DNA of 64,000 bases from a virus. The notes under the pieces were generated by a model that worked only from the letters and a program-made list of their open reading frames with translations, did no database searches and had not been told where the DNA came from. Each line of letters opens with the position of its first letter. The first letter of the stretch is position 1. The position numbers were made by a program, and so were the translations under genes. The DNA is taken from the IMG/VR virus record IMGVR_UViG_3300013104_000002, positions 1-64,000 of that record. The stretch is one strand, 5' to 3'. This document shows, piece by piece, positions 27,121-35,795 of the stretch.

Positions 27121-30100
27121 TTAGTTTTCTTCTTCGTCAACCAGCAATGGGTAAACGCTGAGATAGTCTAGCGTTTTATTGTCCTCCAAGTTAAAAAAAC
27201 GATATGCGTTTAAACTTCCTGACACATCTCTAAACAAAGAATTATAATCCTTGGCTAGCGGAACATATTTGTAAAAATATCGCTCTCTTTCAGTTAAGCC
27301 ACTGTAACGTCCTTTCTGAACGATTTCAGAAGATCCTATGTCCCCTATATCAAACGCCATATCAATAGTGTTAAGCCCGACCACCGCATCATTAAGTGTT
27401 CCGTAAATATTACTTGGTACGCCTATCGAACTTGACATCACCTCTGAGGTCGTTCTCATTAAAAATAGATTAGCCACTTGAAAAGCATAACTATCTTTAT
27501 CATCGTCATCAAGTTCTTTAAGTCCCATAACAAGAAGTCCAATCATAAGATTTAAAACTGTCATTTCTGTAACACCTCTTATTAGGTTTTTTCTTGTGGT
27601 TGTATTCCCGTTCTCCCAGCGTTCTTTTATATATTTTACTATATCCTTTGTTTTACCGCTTTTAACATCATCTACAATACTAGACACTACTCTCCACGGT
27701 GTTCTCCAGCTTCCTTCTTCAATGTTTCCACTTAAAGTATTTAATTGCCTTCCTTTGAATTTAGATTGCGCCGCCAAGTATAACCAGCTTCGGTGAGTGG
27801 TTAGAAAGGAGAATATTGCATTTCTGGCTGCCATAGAACGATCAGATTCAGAAATTTGTTGATCAACTGCTTGGATAGCAAGTTTAACTCTTGAAGCAAT
27901 TCCTGCATCTTTACCATCCATAAATTCTTTAGCTTCTTCAGCTGTCATTCCTGTATTTAGCTCGTCTGCAATTTTTTGATAGTCGTAAGTTACAACTCCT
28001 GATTCAGATACTTTGGAAACATCTGTTATGTCTTTATATTGTTTCCATATTTCTCTTATTTCTTTATCCGATTTTCCTTTGTTATTTTCTTTAAAATCTC
28101 TGTATTGAATGAGTTTGCCATCTACAAATCTATGATCACACAAAACTGCTAAACCTGTTCTTGGATTTATTGGGAAGTTAAACATAGTGTGAGCTACATA
28201 TGCAGAACGACCTAAACCTCTCACTGCTTTACCGTAATTAGAATTGTTGTATTTTTCTTCTGTTTCAAACCATCCCCATTTAGCTCCCATAGAATTTAAC
28301 CATGAAGTAGTCTGAAAATCCATTACTTCTCTTGTAGAATCTCCTGCTGTATCTTTAAATATCTTATTGGCGCGATCTAAAGCCGATCTATCCACTCTCT
28401 CTCCAACAATTTTTTCTATTCTTAACTGTACTGATCCTGATAAAGCAGATGTGATTGGAATAGTTAAATTATAAGCTAAATTTCTAAATCTAATAAATGC
28501 ACCAAAAGATTTTAAAACACTTCCCCAATTTCCTTTTACACCAAATAACTGGAATTCTTTACTAAATGTCTCCTTCACTCCGTAGAAATTATGTTTCATA
28601 GAATCTTCAAACATCTTATAAACATTACTTGATTCAACAGCTAAGTTATTTTCAAATTGAGATCCTAATAAAGCTTTTTTAATAGCAAGCATATCCCCAA
28701 TATTAGCTTTACGTGCTTTATATAAATTAGATTCTTTATTCATCCAGATATAAGACTCTAGCAACTCATCTGTAGCTTCTCCTTGATTTAATTTTCTAAG
28801 TCCAAGTTTGGGTATAGAAGATATTACCATGTTTTTAGCTGTATTTCCTGCCGAATCTTGTCCTAAACTTGCATCGTCTTCTCGGAAATTTATAAGCTCA
28901 TCTACCAATCCTCTAACTCCTTGTTTTTTATTTACTATGTCTTCCCATTTTCTAAGTTTTCCTTTTTCTTTTTGAGGAAGTAAATATATATTATGGGAGT
29001 TAGTCATTCCATAATTTTCTACAGTTTGTTTTTGTAATTTTACAAATTCTTGTCTGGCATCAAATTTATCCTGTATTTGTTTAGGAGTACCTTCTTTAGT
29101 GGTTTCTTCTCCTGTTTCGAATAGTTGAACTAAATCTATATTATATTCTTTTAAGAATTCTTTATTGACATATTTGTTTAATTTACCTTCCTTGTAAAGT
29201 TGATCTACAGATTTATTTTTAACATCCTCTAAAGTCGTATCTACCTCAAATGTTCTAAATAAAGGAGTTCCTTGTAATTTGGCTTGATTGAAGTGCGGAT
29301 TTTTGTTATTAGCTTCATTAGCTTGTTGAAAAGCATAATTAGGAGAAATATTTAAATACTCATACTGCCCTTCTTGATAATTTTTAAGGAAATCTGATGC
29401 ACTTATTTTATTATTTCTTAAATCTGACAAAGCTATATCTACACCTGTTGGTTGTGATTTTCTAAAATAAGGTAAGAGTCTTGTATAACTATATTGTAAT
29501 AAATCATTAGTCATAGAAGCAAAAAGCTGTTCCTCTGACATTTCGTTATAATCTGATTCAGATAAATTAAAAACTTTTTTATATTCTTTAGGTATTCTGT
29601 TTATAGCCCCTCTTGAAAAATCTTTCACAAAACTTCTTAGTTCCAACACTTTCTTTTTATTCTTTTGTGTTGAGTGTTCAATTATTTCAGAAAATATTTT
29701 ATTTATGTTATCTACTTCATCTTCGTTCAGATACTCTTTATTGTAGTCTAACTGAAAAACTAAATGCTTGTCTGCCATATAATTTACAAAAGACTCATTA
29801 GGTATAGTTTCGGATATATTGTCTTCTTCTATTTCTTCTGAGCGTGAAACTAAATTACTAGCTTGGGAATAGTAATCCTCTAAATCTTGGGCGTACTGTT
29901 TTACCATCCCTACTTCAGTTGATTTTTCCATATTCTCATAGCTAACTTCGGAAGGATTATTCATCACTTTATTAGCCTGTAAAATGGTATTCATTTTTTT
30001 GGTAGTGGATGCGATTTTATCTATTAAATTTTGTATTTTCCAATCATTATCTCCTCCAAGTTCATCATTTAATTTATCTAATATAGAAGGTCTGTTTAAT

Positions 30101-33100
30101 CTATCGTAATACTCGTTTGTATATCCTACGTAAGCATTTAGCATGAGAAAGTCATAAGCATCCGAAGGAGTCATTTCACTTAAAGTATCTACAAAAGTTT
30201 GAGAAAACTCTTTTTCTTCGTTATTTTCTTTTATTTCAGCAAGTCTTAAATTATCTAACTTAGTTAATTCAAATGAAAGAATAGAAGGATTATCTGTAGT
30301 TCCTGGCTTTAAAGATACAAAGATATTATTACTAATTTTTACAATATCTTGCTCTGGGCTTAGTTCATATTCAGCTTCTGTTCTGAGTTCGATACCTTCT
30401 CTTAAGTCTCCCTCTATGTTAAAAACTGATTTATCATATACTCTCTCCTTTTTACGTTGCTCATAATCGTACTTCATTTCTGTCGTAAAAGTGGGTACGC
30501 CATTCACTATCTCTGCATTTTGCATTAGATTTGCATAAAACAAACTACTGTTTCTTTCGTAATTTTGTGTAACCAAAGAGTAATTTTCAAGTCTTTTTCT
30601 ACGCTCTCTTGTTTCTTCAGGACTTAAAGCACTTAGAGTAAAATTATCTAATTGCCAATCTTGTAGTTTTTTATTGAAATCGGTTTTTTGAGCTGTTGTT
30701 AGACCACTTAGTTTTTTCTTTTCAAATTCCTCCTGTGTTAAATCTTCTCCTGAAATTTCTTTATAAATATTGTATCTGGCTTCTGCTAATGCATCTTCCC
30801 TAAGTTTATCATTAAATCGGTTTTCAATAAATCCGTCTTTTGCGAATTCTTTTACTTTATTTATCCAGCCTAAGTCTTGTAGTTTCTTAACGAAAGGTAA
30901 AGTCTGCTCCAAGGTAGCTTGTCTTTTCTCGTGATCTACTTTAGAAGATACATGAGCAGCAGCATTTAAATATAAATTAGAAGAATGCATTAGAGTACCA
31001 AAATTCATAAAAAAGAAATTAGTCTCAGCCTGTAAGTTATCAACTTTGTTTTGTATAAAAGCCCTTTTATCTTGTGATAAATCTAACCTTCTTACTAGTA
31101 AATCGACTAAATGATTTTTATAATTGTTTTCTGCTGTACTAACCTGACCTTTTAGTTTTTCTATGGAATCAGATACTTTATTTACTTCTTCTAAAATTCT
31201 GTTCTCTGCTTTGGAACGTAATTTTTTATTTTCCAAAGTGTGTTTTATAGAAGGTAGTATTTGATTATCAAATTGACTTATTAAAGTATTGTAAACTGCA
31301 TCTTCTTCGGCAGAAAAATGGTAATTTCCTTGCTCATTTCTTTTAACTGCCCTCTGTAAGTAAGTTAATTGTTTTTGGGCAACATTTGTTAAATGGGAAA
31401 AGGTTGCAGCTAATTCTGATTGAGCTACTTTCTCTAGCTTACCTTTTTCAACTACATCTGTTGTTTTTGCTATTTGCTCAAATTGCTCTCCGACTCTTCC
31501 TAAAGACTCTTCCGCTTGAGTTAATTGTTGTCTTTGAGCATAATCATTTCTGGCAATCTCATATGTTTGTGATCTCAAGAGATTAAGAGTTTCTTCCGCC
31601 TGTCTTTGTATTTGCACTAAATCGTTGCTTAAATTATTGCTGGAAGAATACAGTCTAAACTTAGTTCCAAAATTTTGATTAGGATTTAAATCATCTACTA
31701 ATTCGCCTGATAATAGCTTTACATAAATATCTTTATTCAAATTGTCTATTTGAGTTTGAGCATCTGAATTAAAATAAGTATTTAATCTTTGAAAAAAAGT
31801 GTCTAAAAACTCTATTATTTTACTGAATATAGACTGTTCTGTTAAAGTAGCGTCTTGTGATAATTGAAAATTATTAGCTACAGCATTTGCCATGACTTTA
31901 CCTAATATTTCTCTTCTTACCATTTCTTCTAATTTATTACCAGAGTATTCTTTACTATAAACTTCATAATAATGTTGAGAATGCTCTTTCCATTCAGGAG
32001 TAATATGTATATTTCTTCTCACTCCTTCTGTGGTTGTAGGATCTAAACTAGCTTCAATTAAGTGCATAGTTTCTTCAATAAGGTCTTGTCTGGTTATATT
32101 ACCGTCCTTGAAAGCCATTATTTTATTTACAACATCCATTAAAGCAGATGATGTTGCAGGTACGCCTTCATTTTTTAACTTGTTGTTATTAATATATTCT
32201 TCTATTGAAGTTATTTTTACTCCTAATTTGTTTAGAAGGCTTTTTATTGATCTTACTAACTCATCTTCTGTTTTTATTTCAGTTTCTTCGTCGATTCTTT
32301 TTTTAAGATTGTTTGGTAATTTTCCTTTTTCAAATTCTCTTTCTACTTCTATTTCTATAGCTTGTTCTTCTCCGAATTTATTTTTTAACTGTTCGAAGCT
32401 TAGTTCAGATATTTCATTCTGGTCTACTTTTTCAGACCCTATTATCCTGGTATTCAAATTATTTTCCAAAATAAAATCTCCTGTAGCTAATCTTACTACC
32501 GAGCTTTGTCCTAGTTGTTTAACTAATATATCTTCTGCAATATTTGAAGATAATTGTCGTGCTGTATCTGTTTGTCCGTTTACGTTTGTTATAACATCTC
32601 CATTTACATCTAAAGTTCTGGTTCCATCTAAGACACCATTTTTAATTAAATGATTCAATATTCCTGGATAGGTGTCAATACTAGTATCAGAGTTAACCTG
32701 TCCCATTACTTTATCACCTACTTTTAGAGAGATCATTCCAGTGGTACTATTTTGTAGTGCTTGTTGATAGGTTGAGAAACTTTCTCCTGAAAGTGTTTCA
32801 AATGTTAAATTATTTTCTTTTGAATAAGTTTTCTTCCAGTTTTTAAAACTTTCTATATCTTCTTCTGTTCCTAAAATATGGATTTGATTCACGTTTGGAA
32901 CCACTACTTCATCATATGCCCTTGTTTTGTAAGATACTACTACCCCATCAAAACCTTCTTGGTTTAATTCTTCTTTTGATTTCTGAGAATTCATATCAGG
33001 ATTCTCAACATTTACAATAACTGGTATAACTCTGCCTACTTGGTTTCCTGTAGACATATCAATACTATATCCATACGCTCTGTCAAAAATTTCTGTAAAA

Positions 33101-33498
33101 TAAAATCCTTGCCCAAAATCTCCTATGGTCTTATTTTTATCAGATTCTGTTCCAATTTGTTGCTCGTCAAAATTATTGAAATCTCTTTTAGTACCGTGAT
33201 AAAGTACGCTATTTACTTTGGTATTCGGAAAAATAGATTTAAGATATTGAGCATATTCTACCTCTGTCCCTATTTGGGATAGGTTTGCATTTTCTTTAAA
33301 TATATAATCTATATTATTAATAGCAGAATCTTCAATATTTGATTTTATGGAAAAGGTGTTTTGATAAACTTGTATAGACTGTTCTAATGTTAATATAGGT
33401 ACATTAAAAATTTGTTGAAATAATCGAGATGTCTCTCCATTTTCGTCTTTTACTTTATTTATTTTTCCGTTTTGTGCTTTTTCTATTTTACAAGCCAT
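27121..33498 (-). CDS. large polyvalent ejection/cargo protein with N-terminal ADP-ribosyltransferase (ART-PolyVal-like) and degenerate zincin domains
   Basis: LYHGT...GQGFYFT...GFDGV...DEVVV..NQIH; IEETMH...REILGK; C-terminal hydrophobic segments. Confidence 0.75.
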   Translation of the reverse strand: MACKIEKAQNGKINKVKDENGETSRLFQQIFNVPILTLEQSIQVYQNTFSIKSNIEDSAINNIDYIFKENANLSQIGTEVEYAQYLKSIFPNTKVNSVLYHGTKRDFNNFDEQQIGTESDKNKTIGDFGQGFYFTEIFDRAYGYSIDMSTGNQVGRVIPVIVNVENPDMNSQKSKEELNQEGFDGVVVSYKTRAYDEVVVPNVNQIHILGTEEDIESFKNWKKTYSKENNLTFETLSGESFSTYQQALQNSTTGMISLKVGDKVMGQVNSDTSIDTYPGILNHLIKNGVLDGTRTLDVNGDVITNVNGQTDTARQLSSNIAEDILVKQLGQSSVVRLATGDFILENNLNTRIIGSEKVDQNEISELSFEQLKNKFGEEQAIEIEVEREFEKGKLPNNLKKRIDEETEIKTEDELVRSIKSLLNKLGVKITSIEEYINNNKLKNEGVPATSSALMDVVNKIMAFKDGNITRQDLIEETMHLIEASLDPTTTEGVRRNIHITPEWKEHSQHYYEVYSKEYSGNKLEEMVRREILGKVMANAVANNFQLSQDATLTEQSIFSKIIEFLDTFFQRLNTYFNSDAQTQIDNLNKDIYVKLLSGELVDDLNPNQNFGTKFRLYSSSNNLSNDLVQIQRQAEETLNLLRSQTYEIARNDYAQRQQLTQAEESLGRVGEQFEQIAKTTDVVEKGKLEKVAQSELAATFSHLTNVAQKQLTYLQRAVKRNEQGNYHFSAEEDAVYNTLISQFDNQILPSIKHTLENKKLRSKAENRILEEVNKVSDSIEKLKGQVSTAENNYKNHLVDLLVRRLDLSQDKRAFIQNKVDNLQAETNFFFMNFGTLMHSSNLYLNAAAHVSSKVDHEKRQATLEQTLPFVKKLQDLGWINKVKEFAKDGFIENRFNDKLREDALAEARYNIYKEISGEDLTQEEFEKKKLSGLTTAQKTDFNKKLQDWQLDNFTLSALSPEETRERRKRLENYSLVTQNYERNSSLFYANLMQNAEIVNGVPTFTTEMKYDYEQRKKERVYDKSVFNIEGDLREGIELRTEAEYELSPEQDIVKISNNIFVSLKPGTTDNPSILSFELTKLDNLRLAEIKENNEEKEFSQTFVDTLSEMTPSDAYDFLMLNAYVGYTNEYYDRLNRPSILDKLNDELGGDNDWKIQNLIDKIASTTKKMNTILQANKVMNNPSEVSYENMEKSTEVGMVKQYAQDLEDYYSQASNLVSRSEEIEEDNISETIPNESFVNYMADKHLVFQLDYNKEYLNEDEVDNINKIFSEIIEHSTQKNKKKVLELRSFVKDFSRGAINRIPKEYKKVFNLSESDYNEMSEEQLFASMTNDLLQYSYTRLLPYFRKSQPTGVDIALSDLRNNKISASDFLKNYQEGQYEYLNISPNYAFQQANEANNKNPHFNQAKLQGTPLFRTFEVDTTLEDVKNKSVDQLYKEGKLNKYVNKEFLKEYNIDLVQLFETGEETTKEGTPKQIQDKFDARQEFVKLQKQTVENYGMTNSHNIYLLPQKEKGKLRKWEDIVNKKQGVRGLVDELINFREDDASLGQDSAGNTAKNMVISSIPKLGLRKLNQGEATDELLESYIWMNKESNLYKARKANIGDMLAIKKALLGSQFENNLAVESSNVYKMFEDSMKHNFYGVKETFSKEFQLFGVKGNWGSVLKSFGAFIRFRNLAYNLTIPITSALSGSVQLRIEKIVGERVDRSALDRANKIFKDTAGDSTREVMDFQTTSWLNSMGAKWGWFETEEKYNNSNYGKAVRGLGRSAYVAHTMFNFPINPRTGLAVLCDHRFVDGKLIQYRDFKENNKGKSDKEIREIWKQYKDITDVSKVSESGVVTYDYQKIADELNTGMTAEEAKEFMDGKDAGIASRVKLAIQAVDQQISESDRSMAARNAIFSFLTTHRSWLYLAAQSKFKGRQLNTLSGNIEEGSWRTPWRVVSSIVDDVKSGKTKDIVKYIKERWENGNTTTRKNLIRGVTEMTVLNLMIGLLVMGLKELDDDDKDSYAFQVANLFLMRTTSEVMSSSIGVPSNIYGTLNDAVVGLNTIDMAFDIGDIGSSEIVQKGRYSGLTERERYFYKYVPLAKDYNSLFRDVSGSLNAYRFFNLEDNKTLDYLSVYPLLVDEEEN

Positions 33499-33520
33499 TG
33501 TGTATTTTTTGATTTTAAAT

Positions 33521-33554
33521 TGAAAAAAGTCTGACTATATTTCAAATCAGACTT
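33521..33554 (-). terminator. intrinsic terminator overlapping the start site of a promoter
   Basis: minus strand AAGTCTGA...TCAGACTT followed by T tract. Confidence 0.65.
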
Positions 33555-33586
33555 CAAAAGTAATACTATTATTTTAATTTTGCAAA
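33555..33586 (-). promoter_or_regulatory. Bacteroidota primary-sigma promoter for the 2125 aa gene
   Basis: TTTG, 20 nt spacer, TACTTTTG. Confidence 0.7.
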
Positions 33587-33590
33587 TTTA

Positions 33591-35795
33591 TTATAAACAA
33601 TCAAAGCTATCTCCTATTTCAGATGATTTCCATTGTTTTTTAATATTTGTATATTCTTTTTGCTGTTGTAAATTTGTTTGTAAATTAATTATTTGTTCTA
33701 CGGGTTGTAATGGTAAGGTATTGTTATACAGTAAATTCAAGTTTTTCTGTATTTTTGTATAGATACTTGTACTGCCTTCTTTTCCTACTAATTCAAAAAG
33801 CTCGTCCTCATTATTAATAAATTCATTTATGCCATTTTTTACTACTGTAGTGTTTGAATTTAATTTAACTACATCACCTAATTCAACAGGAATTTTTGAG
33901 AAGTTATTTACCGCCCAGATTCTGTTATTAAATTTATTTGTCAGCATCTGAGGATTATCGTTCATAAGGTTTTCCATTTGTTTAGATATAACACTATATT
34001 CTTGCAAAGGTTGTGTTAATTTAGTTTCATCAATTATGTGAGCTTCTATTTCAGCCATAGATAAAGGATCGCTATAAATTTGTTCTATGCCCTTTTCTGT
34101 TATTTTGAATTTATTATATAAACCATTATTAGGATTTTTAATTTTTTCAATATTAAAATCGGCTATAAAGTCATTAGTTAAATAATCTAAGCTATATGTT
34201 AATGCTATCGGAGGAAATGTCTGTTCCTTAATTACAGGGTTTGTGTTGTAATTAAAATAATCTTTATATGCTTGTAACTCAGTTATATCGTTGGATAAAT
34301 TAAAAGATTCTTTCATTTCCTGAAAATCTACCTTCTCTATTCTGTGGTAAACATTTGCTACCTCCGTTTGTAGGAGATTCATTTCATCAAATAATTGTTG
34401 TTCACTCTTAGTTGTTTCCATGTACACTAAGTCCCTATCTTTGTTCTCTATTTTGGTAACTCTTTCTCTTTGTTTTACAGGAATATTAAATATTTCTCTA
34501 TACTTGTCAGAAAATATCTGAGTATTTATTTCTGAAGGGTTTTCTATGAATAGTTTTAAGCTTGGCAACAGGTCTTTTGTAAATCCTTGGATATTTATAC
34601 CATACCTTAATAACCAATTTGAAAGTTTTTGCTCTACTTTAGTAGTATCTACAATTTCAGGTGCATTAAGTAGTGTATCCACCGCTTCAAATATTCTAGA
34701 ATCATCTACTATTTTAATTGAGTTTGGGTATATAACTTCTTCAACTATAGGTGTACCATTGTCATAAATGGATGGAATCCTTTTAAACTGTGACAAATAC
34801 TCTTCTGTTATAGTTCTATCTTTTATTTCTGATAGGTCTGTTTTTTCTACGCCTCCATACCGCTCTACTATATCTTGTTTTATAATGTAAGGATTTTCAT
34901 TTTTTAGTTTTCCATATATATTTAAATCGTTTAATTTATATATTGCAGGTAAAACAGTTGTATTATATATTTTTGGTGTTCTTTTTAATTTTTCAATGCT
35001 TTCTTTCACTTTACCTAAGGCATTTATGTCAGATAATATTAAATCTGTTTCATATTTTGAATACAAAGATTTTAGCGTATCCTTTGTTGGAGAAAACAGT
35101 CCGTTCTTGTAGAATGCTTTAGTTAATTTATCTGCTAAATCATCTGAGTCTTCAATGTCTGGAAACTCTGCCATCATTATTCTTGTTTCTTGTTGATCTA
35201 CAAAGTTTAAGGGCTGTGTGTTCTCATTTATAGAAGTGGCATATTCCAAGACATTTTCCGCTAATATTTCTCCATTTTCATCAAAAGAGTTTAAAGGCTT
35301 GGCATAAATAATCTTTTTAGTTTTATCTGTAACGCCTAATTCAGAAAAATAGTTCCAAATATTATCTGCTGATTCTGTACGGATTTGATCACTATGAAGA
35401 TTTTTGTTTTCGGAAATCATTTGCCTGGCTACATAACTATAGATAGCTTTTCCATATTCTTCTTCGTTTACAAAAGCGGATTTTATTTTATATCCTTGTT
35501 TGTATGAAGTTAACTGTATTTTACCTTTTACAGATCCATTTTCTATAAGTTGAAAAGTTCTATTTTTAATAGAACCTGTCTCTTTAAAATTAAGATTTGC
35601 GGGTATTTCAGGAAATTTGTTTTTATAGTTATATATTAATTCAGACTGTACATCCCTAATAAAATTAGGAGTATAAGCAAGCACAAATAAATCCTGCGCT
35701 TGCGATTTACCTACTTTTTGTTCTAAATCATTATATAATTTACTTTTTTCGCCGTTAGGGGCAAAATATTCACCGTCATTTATTTGGCACGCCAT
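33591..35795 (-). CDS. ejection/cargo protein with possible N-terminal GNAT-like domain
   Basis: IKSAFVNEEEYGKAIY...LHSD...ESADNIW; N-terminus similar to the 2125 aa protein; Cys only at positions 3 and 733. Confidence 0.6.
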   Translation of the reverse strand: MACQINDGEYFAPNGEKSKLYNDLEQKVGKSQAQDLFVLAYTPNFIRDVQSELIYNYKNKFPEIPANLNFKETGSIKNRTFQLIENGSVKGKIQLTSYKQGYKIKSAFVNEEEYGKAIYSYVARQMISENKNLHSDQIRTESADNIWNYFSELGVTDKTKKIIYAKPLNSFDENGEILAENVLEYATSINENTQPLNFVDQQETRIMMAEFPDIEDSDDLADKLTKAFYKNGLFSPTKDTLKSLYSKYETDLILSDINALGKVKESIEKLKRTPKIYNTTVLPAIYKLNDLNIYGKLKNENPYIIKQDIVERYGGVEKTDLSEIKDRTITEEYLSQFKRIPSIYDNGTPIVEEVIYPNSIKIVDDSRIFEAVDTLLNAPEIVDTTKVEQKLSNWLLRYGINIQGFTKDLLPSLKLFIENPSEINTQIFSDKYREIFNIPVKQRERVTKIENKDRDLVYMETTKSEQQLFDEMNLLQTEVANVYHRIEKVDFQEMKESFNLSNDITELQAYKDYFNYNTNPVIKEQTFPPIALTYSLDYLTNDFIADFNIEKIKNPNNGLYNKFKITEKGIEQIYSDPLSMAEIEAHIIDETKLTQPLQEYSVISKQMENLMNDNPQMLTNKFNNRIWAVNNFSKIPVELGDVVKLNSNTTVVKNGINEFINNEDELFELVGKEGSTSIYTKIQKNLNLLYNNTLPLQPVEQIINLQTNLQQQKEYTNIKKQWKSSEIGDSFDCL

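Noticed and set aside
31890-32080. Active metalloprotease in the 2125 aa protein
   Set aside because: The motif is EETMH rather than HExxH, so activity cannot be supported.
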